DNA of 64,000 nt from an uncultured Collinsella sp. (GTDB lineage Bacteria > Actinomycetota > Coriobacteriia > Coriobacteriales > Coriobacteriaceae). The notes beneath the pieces are model-generated. The model made no database searches and had not been told where the DNA came from. It worked only from the letters and a program-made list of their open reading frames with translations. The stretch is from contig CABRNM010000002.1 of the NCBI GenBank assembly GCA_902472315.1, positions 8,629 to 72,628 on the forward strand, read 5' to 3'. Position numbers and translations under genes: made by a program. Below, in pieces: positions 30,795-41,352 of this stretch (its first letter is position 1; every line of letters begins with the position of its first letter).

Positions 30795-31343
30795 ATGAAA
30801 TACCTTATCGCTTCCGACATCCACGGTTCGGCATATTGGACTGAGCGCCTGGTCGCCGCCATCGAGTCCGAGCAGCCCGACCGCATCGTCCTGCTGGGCG
30901 ACCTGCTCTATCACGGTCCGCGCAACGACCTGCCGCGCGACTACGCCCCCAAGCGCGTAATCCCGCTGCTCAACGCCCTGGCCGACCGCATCATCGCCGT
31001 CCGCGGCAACTGCGATGCCGAGGTCGACCAGATGGTCCTCGACTTCCCCCTCATGGCCGACTACGCCACGCTGTTCGACGAGACCGGTCGCGAGCTGTTC
31101 CTGACGCACGGCCACGTCTTTGGCGCCGGCATGCACAACAGCGTCGACCACGCGCCCGCGCTGCCCGAGGGCTCCGCGCTCGTCTACGGCCACACGCACA
31201 TCAAGGTCAACGAGGAGAGCGCCGCGCACCCGGGCCTGCGGCTCTTCAACCCCGGCAGCGTGAGCATTCCCAAGGACGGCTCGCACAGCTACGGCATCTA
31301 CGAGGGCGGCGCGTTCCGCCACGTGATCATGGAGGAGGACTAA
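30795..31343 (+). CDS. yfcE: YfcE-family phosphodiesterase
   Basis: ASDIHGS, LGDLLYHGPRN, VRGNCDAEVD, GHTH, NPGS. Confidence 0.92.
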   Translation: MKYLIASDIHGSAYWTERLVAAIESEQPDRIVLLGDLLYHGPRNDLPRDYAPKRVIPLLNALADRIIAVRGNCDAEVDQMVLDFPLMADYATLFDETGRELFLTHGHVFGAGMHNSVDHAPALPEGSALVYGHTHIKVNEESAAHPGLRLFNPGSVSIPKDGSHSYGIYEGGAFRHVIMEED

Positions 31344-31345
31344 CC

Positions 31346-32206
31346 ATGGCGCAGCACATGGCTCAGCAAAATGCCGAGGGCTCGCGCGATCTGTCCACGC
31401 TGGTGGATGCATCGGCCGAGCTGCAGCATCTGGTGCAGACCATTTGGCGCCTGCGTCAGCCCGACGGCTGCCCGTGGGACCGCGAACAGACGCATCAGAG
31501 CATCGGCAAGAACATGATTGAGGAAGCCTACGAGGCGCTCGATTGCATCGAGGCCGATGATGCCGCGCATCTGCGCGAGGAGCTGGGCGACGTGCTCATG
31601 CAGGTGGTGCTGCATGCGCAGATTGCGGCGGACGCCGGTGAGTTTACGCTGGCCGATGTGGCGCGCGATATCGACGCCAAGCTCATTCGCCGCCACCCAC
31701 ACGTGTTTGGCGATGCGGACGCCGATAACTCCGACGAGGTGCTCAAGATCTGGGACGAGGTTAAGCTTGCCGAGAAGGCTGCCAAGGACAAGGCCGTGGC
31801 AGCAGGCGAGGCTGCGCCCGAGGGCCTGCTCGACGGCGTGCCCACGCATCTGCCGGCGCTGATGCAGGCGCAGAAGGTGTCGCGCAAGGCGGCTGCCGTG
31901 GGCTTTGAATGGGAGACGGTCCAGGATGTGTGGGACGAGGTAGCAGAGGAGTGTGCCGAGTTTGAGGCCGAGGAGCCCGGCTCGCCCGAGCGCGAAATGG
32001 AGTTTGGCGACCTGCTCTTTGCCCTAGTCAACGTTGCGCGCAAAGAGGGGATTGACGCCGAGAGCGCCCTTCGCGCCAGCACGGCCAAGTTCCGCCGTCG
32101 TTGGGCTGCGATGGAGGCCGCCGTGCACGAGGCGGGCGATGACCTCGCCGCCTGCTCAACCGCTCAACTCAACGACCTGTGGGACCAAGCAAAAGCAAGC
32201 GAGTGA
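31346..32206 (+). CDS. mazG: Nucleoside triphosphate pyrophosphohydrolase MazG
   Basis: GCPWDREQTH, EEAYE, EELGDVL, RRHPHVFG, EFGDLLF. Confidence 0.95.
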   Translation: MAQHMAQQNAEGSRDLSTLVDASAELQHLVQTIWRLRQPDGCPWDREQTHQSIGKNMIEEAYEALDCIEADDAAHLREELGDVLMQVVLHAQIAADAGEFTLADVARDIDAKLIRRHPHVFGDADADNSDEVLKIWDEVKLAEKAAKDKAVAAGEAAPEGLLDGVPTHLPALMQAQKVSRKAAAVGFEWETVQDVWDEVAEECAEFEAEEPGSPEREMEFGDLLFALVNVARKEGIDAESALRASTAKFRRRWAAMEAAVHEAGDDLAACSTAQLNDLWDQAKASE

Positions 32207-32245
32207 GGCCTGCGTCTCTCACGGCATCCATTCGTAGAGAGGTCT

Positions 32246-33613
32246 CTACAAGCAAAAAGCCATATACAACGGAAGATGTGCCAGCTGCGCTTCGGCATCC
32301 CACTCGAGTTGTTTAGGGTGCAACACGTAAGCCATCCCAATCTTCTTGTTAAAGCGCGCGCGGAATCGGTCGAGGGAGATGGTTCCGTATCTGCGTGGCG
32401 ACTTAACTTCGACGGGGCTGATGCGCGGCTTTCCGGCGGCATTGACATAGGGTCGGGTAACGAGGAAGTCGATTTCCATGCGCTCCTCCCCCTCCTTCTT
32501 TCCGCTTTGGGAATAAAAGAAGAGCCTGTGTCCATTGGCCTTTAGAGATTGGGCAACGTAGTTTTCGGTAAGCATTCCTTCGTTCAATCCGATGTCGCCG
32601 CGAAGCACGGCCCTGTAAACGTCTTCATCGGTATCGTTGTTGTCAGAGAAGGCAAGCGTTACAAGCAGGCCGGTGTCTGCCATGTAGCACTTGAGGGCCG
32701 TTTGCTCCATGCTGAGTGAAAGGCCCACGCTCGGTTCGCTTGCGGCATAGCAGATATTGGCAATTCGCGCGTCTGCCAGCCAAAAGAAGGCTTCTTCGTA
32801 GGTGCGCATGCGTGCGTTTTTATCAAGTGAGGAAAGCTTGAATCGTTTTTCGTGCCTAGAGAGCTGACCCGGGATGCCATCGAGTACGGAGACGACTTTG
32901 AATTCGTAACCGGTTGCAAAACGAGAGATATCGTTGCGATAGAGCTGAACGATTCGGCGCTTCGAAGCGTCGACGGGCGCAAAAGCGCGCTGTTCAACAT
33001 AGATGGATACCGGCTCAGGCATGCCGCCTACAAGCATGTATTCGCGCATAAGGGAGAGCGCTCTGCGATGTAGGGCATCGGGGAGCGGCTTCATCTTGTT
33101 AAAACTCATGCGAATGAGATCGGCCAGCCCCTTTTCGTCCATGCCCCAAAGAAACTCCTCAAAGTCGAGGGGCTCAAGTTCCAGAGACTCTTCTTCGGAC
33201 GGGATGACGATATCTTTAATGTTCTGCTTGATGCTGAGCAGGGATCCAGTTTCGATGTAGTCGTAACGTCCGTCTGCAACGAGATACTTGATGAGTCCGC
33301 GTGCTTGCGGGTACATCTGGACCTCGTCAAAGACGATAAGCGTCTCATGTTCATAGAGTTTGACGTTATAGAAAACCGAGAGATAGAGGAAGAGCGAGTC
33401 GAAGTCAGTGCGATAGTCCTCAAAATATTGCTTAACTTCGGCAGGTGCTTGAAAGAAATCAATGACAAGGCAGGATTTGTATTCGGTTTCTCCAAACGTG
33501 CGGACAAGCGTGCTCTTGCCGACGCGGCGGGCTCCTTCAATAAGAAGTGCTGTTTTACCAGCGCTTTCATGCTTCCATTTTAGTAGTTTGTCATAGGCTT
33601 TTCGTTTAAGCAT
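32246..33613 (-). CDS. AAA_14 ATPase with DUF4143 and C-terminal PD-(D/E)XK-like motif
   Basis: Walker A GARRVGKST, Walker B FDEVQ, ETGSLL, VGGMPE, YMADTGLL, ENYVAQ, EIDFL...PVEVKS. Confidence 0.9.
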   Translation of the reverse strand: MLKRKAYDKLLKWKHESAGKTALLIEGARRVGKSTLVRTFGETEYKSCLVIDFFQAPAEVKQYFEDYRTDFDSLFLYLSVFYNVKLYEHETLIVFDEVQMYPQARGLIKYLVADGRYDYIETGSLLSIKQNIKDIVIPSEEESLELEPLDFEEFLWGMDEKGLADLIRMSFNKMKPLPDALHRRALSLMREYMLVGGMPEPVSIYVEQRAFAPVDASKRRIVQLYRNDISRFATGYEFKVVSVLDGIPGQLSRHEKRFKLSSLDKNARMRTYEEAFFWLADARIANICYAASEPSVGLSLSMEQTALKCYMADTGLLVTLAFSDNNDTDEDVYRAVLRGDIGLNEGMLTENYVAQSLKANGHRLFFYSQSGKKEGEERMEIDFLVTRPYVNAAGKPRISPVEVKSPRRYGTISLDRFRARFNKKIGMAYVLHPKQLEWDAEAQLAHLPLYMAFCL

Positions 33614-33623
33614 GGCTACCTCG

Positions 33624-33717
33624 TGCACGATATCCAGAACTTTTATAACCTGATTATGCACGATATCCAGAACTTCAGACCCTTAAAATTGCACGATATC
33701 CAGAACTTTGCACGATG
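33624..33717. repeat. Three perfect 19-bp direct repeats (TGCACGATATCCAGAACTT), 33-bp period, plus a partial fourth
   Basis: Copies at 33624, 33657, 33690; TGCACGAT at 33709; 14-bp AT-rich spacers; abuts the RBS of the AAA gene. Confidence 0.95.
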
Positions 33718-33980
33718 TAAAAGCACATTACTGGCTCTTTCATTCGCAAGCCAGGTAAAGACGGTATGCCGATAGAAGAATTTAATGGGGGGGGGTGATC
33801 TCTAGAGATGAATGCTCGGTGCAAAAATAAGCGCCTCAAAGAATGATTTCTCCAATTCATATGTATCCCTCGGCTAGCTTAGGGCATAATGCAAAAAGTG
33901 CGACATGGCTAACTTATGAACCTGCGCGCCTCTACAGCGTGCAAGCCGCGTCGCCAAGCATTCAACCCGTTTCCAAGTGA

Positions 33981-35282
<1,302 letters not shown>

Positions 35283-35477
35283 ACGGGCGAATTTGGCGAG
35301 GGGGAGGCTGACTCGGTTCCGCCTCGCCTTGGCAGGATACCGCAAAGCGCTATGGGCGCTGGGCCATACGGCTCAGCGCCTTTTTTATGTCGAGCAAAGG
35401 CTGGCGAAGGCGGTGCGGGCGCTCGTGCTATAACTAGAATACTTAGCGCAAACAAACCTCAACCGCACAAGGCGCAC

Positions 35478-36248
35478 ATGGATCAGATTTACGACAACAG
35501 GTATTATTCCGCCGGTTCGCGCGAGCCGTCGCCTCGCCGCGCACCTACCGTGCAGCTCGGCGGGTCCGACTACGCCGGTGTCGATCGCCGCGCACAGCGT
35601 CCGGCAAGTGCCTCACATCCCCGTGCTCAAATGAATACGTCGACGGGCCGCCCGCCACGCTCGGCGCCCCCGACGCATGCTTCGCGTACGCAGCACCCCT
35701 CGGCTCAAACGCACGAAAAGTCGACCAGGCCCTCGAGCCGTCTTTCGGGCTCGGACTTCATGCACTACGCCAACGACAATGCGGTGGTCAAGGCGATCTA
35801 CGACTTTACCCATGGACCCCAGCGCGGGCTGTTTATTGGCATTGTCGTCGTCCTGGTGCTCGTGAGCCTGTACTTTCCCGTGCGCGACCTCTACGTTGCC
35901 AAACGCTCGAACGATATCTTGGCCAAGCAGGTCGAGATTCGCCAGCAGTACAACGACGAGCTGCAGAAAAGCGTCGACAAGCTGCTCTCGGAGGAGGGTA
36001 TCAAGGACGCGGCATCCGAGGACTTGGGCCTGGTGATGCCCGGCGAGAAGAGAATTGAAGTGCAGGGCCTGGACGACGATTCGGATTCGTCTTCGAGCAA
36101 GAAGTCGTCGAACGCCAAGAAGGCCAGCGAAGTTGCCAAGGAAATCGAAGACGTCGGTAAGGACGCGCCGTGGTACATCCAGGCGCTCGACATGCTGTTT
36201 GGGTTTAACGGTGTCGAGGGCCAGACGGTCGTGTCCAACGGCAAATAG
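35478..36248 (+). CDS. Septum formation initiator (FtsB/DivIC family) with disordered N-terminal extension
   Basis: Single TM, coiled coil, LGLVMPGE motif; downstream of eno. Confidence 0.8.
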   Translation: MDQIYDNRYYSAGSREPSPRRAPTVQLGGSDYAGVDRRAQRPASASHPRAQMNTSTGRPPRSAPPTHASRTQHPSAQTHEKSTRPSSRLSGSDFMHYANDNAVVKAIYDFTHGPQRGLFIGIVVVLVLVSLYFPVRDLYVAKRSNDILAKQVEIRQQYNDELQKSVDKLLSEEGIKDAASEDLGLVMPGEKRIEVQGLDDDSDSSSSKKSSNAKKASEVAKEIEDVGKDAPWYIQALDMLFGFNGVEGQTVVSNGK

Positions 36249-36268
36249 CGCCCGGAGGGGAGCCTGCA

Positions 36269-37270
36269 ATGGCAGATTGCAAACGCTATAAGGTAGCCGC
36301 GATCGACCTGGGAACAGTGTCGTCGCGACTGGTGTTAGCGCAGGTCGAGGCCGGGGCGATCGTGGAATCGTCCAAGCATACCGAGATCACCGACTTGGGC
36401 GAGGGCGTGGACGCGACGGGCCGCTTTTGCGAGGCGGCCGTCGAGCGTGTGCTCGCCGCGTGTCGCATGTTTGTGGACGAGGCGCATGCCTTTGGGGCCG
36501 TGTGCATCTGCACCACGTGCACGAGTGCCGCGCGCGATGCGTCCAATGCCGCCCTGCTGCTGGACGGCCTGCGCGAGCTGGGGCTCGAACCGCAGGTGAT
36601 TCCGGGCGAGGTCGAGGCACGCCTGACGTTTTTTGGCGTGGCGCACGACTTTGCCGGCGAGCGCATTATTGTTGCCGATTCGGGTGGCGGATCCACGGAG
36701 CTCGCGACGGGCGTCTATGCGCCGGAGCGTGGCGTCTTTGCGCTAGAAGGGACGCGCTCGCTGGACATTGGCTGCCGCCGTGTGACGGAGCGGTTTTTCT
36801 CGGCGCTGCCGCCTGCGGACGGCGAGCTTGCTGCCGCTGCCGCATGGGCAAACGAGCAGTTTGCGGGCTACTTTGAGAGTCTGCCTGTCGACTTTGAGCG
36901 CGCCGAACGCTTGGTCGCAGTGGGCGGCACGGTGACTACGCTGGTGGCTCTGGTCCACGAGCTGGAGCCGTATGATTCGAGCTTCGTGCACCTGCGCGAG
37001 CTTTCGCTGGAGCAGGTCTCGGCCGCTATCGAGCGCATGTCCACGCTGGACGCGGACAGCATCGCCGCGCTACCGGGTGTGCAGCCCAAACGCGCGGGCG
37101 TGATCTTGGCTGGCGCCGTGGTAATCCGCGAGCTCATGCGAGCCGGCGGCTACGACACGCTCACCGTAAGCGAGAACAGCCTGCTTGCCGGCATGGCCGC
37201 CACCATCAACGAGGTTCTCGACGGCGCGACCCCCACCATCGCCTGGGTCCCCAGCCTGAGCGCTCTTTAA
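36269..37270 (+). CDS. ppx: Ppx/GppA family exopolyphosphatase
   Basis: AAIDLGT, TSAARDASN, GEVEARLTF, DSGGGSTE, VGGTVTT. Confidence 0.9.
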   Translation: MADCKRYKVAAIDLGTVSSRLVLAQVEAGAIVESSKHTEITDLGEGVDATGRFCEAAVERVLAACRMFVDEAHAFGAVCICTTCTSAARDASNAALLLDGLRELGLEPQVIPGEVEARLTFFGVAHDFAGERIIVADSGGGSTELATGVYAPERGVFALEGTRSLDIGCRRVTERFFSALPPADGELAAAAAWANEQFAGYFESLPVDFERAERLVAVGGTVTTLVALVHELEPYDSSFVHLRELSLEQVSAAIERMSTLDADSIAALPGVQPKRAGVILAGAVVIRELMRAGGYDTLTVSENSLLAGMAATINEVLDGATPTIAWVPSLSAL

Positions 37271-37344
37271 CCGTCTTCCTCTGAGTTGCGGTGAAATAGT
37301 TCCTAAATAAGCTGATAAACGGTATAAACAGGATCTATTCCACC

Positions 37345-37634
37345 GCAGCTTAGAGTCCCACCGGCATCTAAAAGAAACAAGCCCGCATCCCTTGGGGACA
37401 CGGGCTCGAAAGCTCCATATGGTAGGGGCGGTGGGACGTCCGCGTATTTGCTGCGCAAATCCGCACCGGCTTCGGCCGCCTGCCGGCGCCCTCGTCGGCT
37501 CGCTGCGGACGCTGCGCGTCCGCCTGGTGCTCGCCCCCTCGCGGGTTCGAGTCCCGCCGGCGTCCAAAAGAAACGAGCCCGCATCCCAACGGGACACGGG
37601 CTCGTAAGCAATCACATGGTAGGGGCGGTGGGAC
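37345..37634. repeat. tRNA-linked tandem repeat (two ~93-bp units, ~197-bp period), each ending in the tRNA-Leu 3' end
   Basis: 37345-37437 and 37541-37634 share an inverted T-arm copy, a terminator hairpin and TGGTAGGGGCGGTGGGAC. Confidence 0.85.
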
Positions 37635-37701
37635 TCGAACCCACAATCCTTGCGGCGAGAGATTTTAAGTCTCCTGCGTATGCCAATTCCGCCACGCCCC
37701 C
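37617..37701 (-). tRNA. tRNA-Leu (anticodon TAA)
   Basis: Minus strand GGGGGCGTGGCGGAATTGGCATACGCAGGAGACTTAAAATCTCT...GGTTCGAGTCCCACCGCCCCTACCA; long variable arm, encoded CCA. Confidence 0.97.
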
Positions 37702-37732
37702 GTGAGACTAGAAGTCTAGCACAAGCCGTCCG

Positions 37733-38356
37733 TTACGCGTTGACGGCCATTGAGTGCCGGCCTGACTTTTCCAAGTACTCGGCAAACTTGGCTTCGTCGC
37801 CCTTGTTCTTGTACTGCAGGGCCAGCAGGTATTCCAGGCGGCAGCTCTTGACCTTGTCGTCACCGGCCTCCTTGAGCATGCGCTCCAGCTCGGGAATGTC
37901 GTTGTGGCGCTTGAGGATCATCGTGTCGTACATCAGCTGGCACTCGTGCGCGACTGCCTCGGCCTGACCGCCCTCAAAGCCCTTGATCTCGTGCAGCAAC
38001 TCCTTGGACTTTTTGCGGTCCTCCTGGCCAACGTAGTAGTTAAAGGCCTTAATGACCAGGTCGACGCGCTGCATCTTGGGGAGATTGAGCCCCAGCAGCA
38101 GGTCGAACATCTCGCTGGCGCGCTCGTGGTCCTCGCGCAGCAGATAGGAGTTCAGGCGCAGGTAGTCGCGGTTGTAGCGCGGGTACAGCATGCTGGTGAG
38201 TTTGCCGTCGAGCAAACGATCGAACTCGTCCCACTGCTTGGCGGCCATGAGCTGCTGCAGGCGCTTAAACGTGGTGCGTTTTTTGACGCTAAAGAACACC
38301 GACACGGCGATGCAGATGATAACGACGGCGGTCCAGAGTGTGCGGGAATCGGGCAT
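37733..38356 (-). CDS. Membrane-anchored helical (TPR-like) hypothetical protein
   Basis: N-terminal TM, helical-repeat character, host-like codon usage. Confidence 0.75.
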   Translation of the reverse strand: MPDSRTLWTAVVIICIAVSVFFSVKKRTTFKRLQQLMAAKQWDEFDRLLDGKLTSMLYPRYNRDYLRLNSYLLREDHERASEMFDLLLGLNLPKMQRVDLVIKAFNYYVGQEDRKKSKELLHEIKGFEGGQAEAVAHECQLMYDTMILKRHNDIPELERMLKEAGDDKVKSCRLEYLLALQYKNKGDEAKFAEYLEKSGRHSMAVNA

Positions 38357-38519
38357 ATTAGGGTCCTTAGTCGCTCATAAAGCGAGCGGTATGACAACAC
38401 GTACTGGATGTATTATACGCAGTGCGCAAGCAAACTGGCATAAAAGCTCATCGAGGCCGAGTGGCATCGCTCGCTGCGGTACACTTACCTAAAGTAAACC
38501 ATGAAGGGAGACATTACCT

Positions 38520-38807
38520 ATGAAGAAGATCGTTTTGGCTTGCGGTGCTGGCGCTGCTACTTCCACGCTCGTTGCCCAGAAGGTCGCCACCCTGCTCGAC
38601 GCCAACGGTTACGCCGACAAGTACGAGATCGTGCAGTGCGCCATCTCCGAGGCCAAGGATTACTGCGACGAGGGCGCTGACCTGCTGATCGCCACCACCG
38701 TTGCCCCCGAGGGCCTCACCTGCCCGTACGTGAGCGGCGTGCCCTTCATGACCGGCATGAACCGCGTCGCTGCCGAGAAGGCCGTCCTCGACGTTATGGC
38801 TCAGTAG
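38520..38807 (+). CDS. PTS EIIB component (galactitol/ascorbate type)
   Basis: KKIVLACGAGAATS P-loop Cys motif, SGVPFMTG. Confidence 0.88.
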   Translation: MKKIVLACGAGAATSTLVAQKVATLLDANGYADKYEIVQCAISEAKDYCDEGADLLIATTVAPEGLTCPYVSGVPFMTGMNRVAAEKAVLDVMAQ

Positions 38808-38818
38808 GCGCTGCCTGT

Positions 38819-39193
38819 ATGAGTGAGCAGAACGCCAATCCGGTCGAGCTCTTTGGCATGCGCGTTGCCCATGTGGGCATTAACGCCACCGACCCGGCAG
38901 ACGCCCTGGAGATCGCGGAGCTGTTCTCGACGATGATGGGCCTGCCCGTCATCGAGACCCCCGTTTCGTACTTTAACGATTCGCTGGTCGAGATCATGAA
39001 GCAGAACGGTCGTGGCGCCAAGGGCCACATTGGCTTTGCCGTCAACGACATCGATGCGGCCGAGAAGTGGTTTGCCGAGCGCGGGCTCGAGGTTAACGAG
39101 GAGTCGCGCGTGCTGCTGCCCGACGGCGGCACCAAACTCGTGTACTTTAAGCGCGAGTTCGCCGGCTTCGCCGTGCACCTGTGCCGCGACTAG
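38819..39193 (+). CDS. VOC/glyoxalase-like protein
   Basis: AHVGIN, VEIMK..GAKGHIGF, FAGFAVHL. Confidence 0.75.
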   Translation: MSEQNANPVELFGMRVAHVGINATDPADALEIAELFSTMMGLPVIETPVSYFNDSLVEIMKQNGRGAKGHIGFAVNDIDAAEKWFAERGLEVNEESRVLLPDGGTKLVYFKREFAGFAVHLCRD

Positions 39194-39269
39194 CGCACAA
39201 GCTGCTATAGCTAGCAAAAAGGGATAGAGCCGCGTGGCCCTATCCCTTTATTTATGCCGAGGGGCATCC

Positions 39270-40565
39270 CTACCGTGGCAGGCGAATCGTAAAGCGGCTG
39301 CCGACACCCTCGACCGAGGTCACGCCAATGACACCGCCATGGCTATCGACGATCCACTTGGCAATGGCAAGCCCCAGACCCGAGCCCTGCGCGCCGGCAT
39401 CGCGCGCGTTGTCGGCGCGGTAGAACCGCTCGAACGCGTGGGCTGCGGATTCCTGGTTCATGCCGATGCCCTCGTCCTCAACGTTTATGTCGATCGTGCC
39501 CGCGCCCGCATCCGGCGCCACGCCAAACGTGATGGGCGTGCCCGCGTTCGAATACTTGGCGGCATTCTGCACGATTACGCGCAGAGCCTGCTTCACGAGC
39601 GCCACATCGACGGGCGCGTCGCAGCGCGGGTCGCTGGCAAGCGCAGCGTCAAAGGCCAGTCGATACGTGTGCTCGGTATCGATCATCTGCGATTCCTCGC
39701 ATACCTCGTCGACCAGTGCAGCCAGGTTGGTATTCGCGCGCCGCAGCACGGTGCGGCCGGCATCGCCGCGTGCCAAAAACAGCAGCTGCTCCACGAGCTC
39801 CTGCATGTGCTCGCTTTCGGCCTTGAGCGAGGCGATGGATTCCGCCAGCACGTCCGGGTCGTCTTTGCCCCAGCGGTCGAGCATGTTTACGTAGCCCTGA
39901 ATCACCGCAATGGGCGTGCGCAGCTCGTGGCTTGCATCGTTGACAAAGCGCATCTGCTGTAGCTTGGCCTCTTGCATCTGGCGCAGCAGGCGGTTGAGCG
40001 CGACCTCGATGCTTGCCAGGTCGGCGTCGCCGGTGGTGACGCTCGGCGAGTCGACGCTTGCGCGCTCGATGGCCTGCTCCAGCGTTTCCATCTTGCCGCC
40101 GGAGAGCTGCATACGGCCGAGCTCGTCCACGCGCAAGGCCAGGTCGTTGAGCGGCGCCATGGTGCGGCGCACGCGCCTCGCGCCGCCGAGCATGTTGAGC
40201 ACGCTGATGACCTGCCAACCCACAACGACAAGGTAGAGAGGCCATAGCGTGACGAGGTCCTGCGCGAGGGGGAAGGTCTTGCTGGCGCGCGCAAGCTCGA
40301 CGGTATAGGTGAGCGTTGTCAGGTCCCAGCCGCGCGCGGGCGTCAGCGACATGCCGTGAACGGTGGCACCGGGGATCCATCCTGCGGTAAACGTGTCGTC
40401 GGGCAGTGTCTGGTTGTATCCATAGACGAAGATCGCCGCTGCAATCACTACCAGCAACAGATCGAGCCAGATGTAGCTCATCAGACGGCGCCACATATAG
40501 CTCCAGTTGATGGCGCGGGCGATGGAGGTGACGCGCTTGGCCTCGGCGTTACGCACGGCAGACAT
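39270..40565 (-). CDS. Sensor histidine kinase
   Basis: Two TMs, DASHELRTP, QNAAKYS, DEGIG, GSGLGLAI. Confidence 0.93.
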   Translation of the reverse strand: MSAVRNAEAKRVTSIARAINWSYMWRRLMSYIWLDLLLVVIAAAIFVYGYNQTLPDDTFTAGWIPGATVHGMSLTPARGWDLTTLTYTVELARASKTFPLAQDLVTLWPLYLVVVGWQVISVLNMLGGARRVRRTMAPLNDLALRVDELGRMQLSGGKMETLEQAIERASVDSPSVTTGDADLASIEVALNRLLRQMQEAKLQQMRFVNDASHELRTPIAVIQGYVNMLDRWGKDDPDVLAESIASLKAESEHMQELVEQLLFLARGDAGRTVLRRANTNLAALVDEVCEESQMIDTEHTYRLAFDAALASDPRCDAPVDVALVKQALRVIVQNAAKYSNAGTPITFGVAPDAGAGTIDINVEDEGIGMNQESAAHAFERFYRADNARDAGAQGSGLGLAIAKWIVDSHGGVIGVTSVEGVGSRFTIRLPR

Positions 40566-41334
40566 AGCCCACCCCGCGCACGGTCTGGATGATGCGGGCG
40601 CTGCCGGCGTCCTCGATCTTGGCACGCAGGTGCGCGATGTGTACGTCGACGTTGTTGGTGTCGCCCACGTATTCGTAGCCCAGCGCTTCGTGCGCGATGC
40701 GCTCGCGTGTGAGCACGGTGCCGGCGTGCGCCATAAGCAGGGCGAGAACGTCGAACTCGCGGGCCGTGAGCGCGATGGGCGAGCCGCCGACCGTGACTTC
40801 GCGGCGGTCGGGGTCGAGCACGACTGAGCCCACAGTGAGCGTGGCGGGGGAGGGCGCGGCAGCGGTCTGGGCCGTGTCGGTTGCCGGGGACATTGTGGCG
40901 ATACCGGCGGCCGTGCCGCTCGCTACGCCAGCCCTGGCGCCGGCGCCGCCAACGCCCGAAGCCGTCCGCGCGGCCTCCGAGCGCTTCAGCGCCACGCGAA
41001 TCCGTGCGAACAGCTCCTCGATCGCAAACGGCTTGGTCAGGTAATCGTCGGCACCGGCATCGAGCCCGGCAACCTTATCCATCACGGCATCGCGCGCGGT
41101 GACCATGATCACCGGCACGTCCTTGTGCTTGCGGACACGCCGCAGGACCTCCATGCCGTTGAGCTGCGGCAACAGCACATCGAGCAGAATCAGATCGTAG
41201 TCGCGCTCCAGTGCCAGGTCCACGGCGGTGCGGCCGTCGGCGGCGTGCTCCACCTGGTAGCCCTCGTGCTCCAGCTCGAGCGTCACAAAGCGGGCGATTT
41301 TCTCCTCGTCCTCTACGATCAGAATCCGTGCCAT
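40549..41334 (-). CDS. OmpR-family response regulator with long Ala/Gly linker
   Basis: ILIVEDE, LLDVLLP, GADDYLTKPF, wHTH ending TVRGVGY. Confidence 0.94.
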   Translation of the reverse strand: MARILIVEDEEKIARFVTLELEHEGYQVEHAADGRTAVDLALERDYDLILLDVLLPQLNGMEVLRRVRKHKDVPVIMVTARDAVMDKVAGLDAGADDYLTKPFAIEELFARIRVALKRSEAARTASGVGGAGARAGVASGTAAGIATMSPATDTAQTAAAPSPATLTVGSVVLDPDRREVTVGGSPIALTAREFDVLALLMAHAGTVLTRERIAHEALGYEYVGDTNNVDVHIAHLRAKIEDAGSARIIQTVRGVGYVCRA

Positions 41335-41352
41335 GCGTGCCCCCGTCTGCGA

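Noticed and set aside
33624..33717. CRISPR array
   Set aside because: Repeats (19 bp) and spacers (14 bp) are too short, there are only three units and no cas genes; kept as a non-CRISPR repeat array
37541..37566. Second tRNA on the plus strand
   Set aside because: Only a T-arm-like segment followed by CCA; no D arm, anticodon arm or matching acceptor stem
37270..37701. Prophage or integrative element at tRNA-Leu
   Set aside because: The duplicated 3' ends are only ~197 bp apart, with no integrase or cargo
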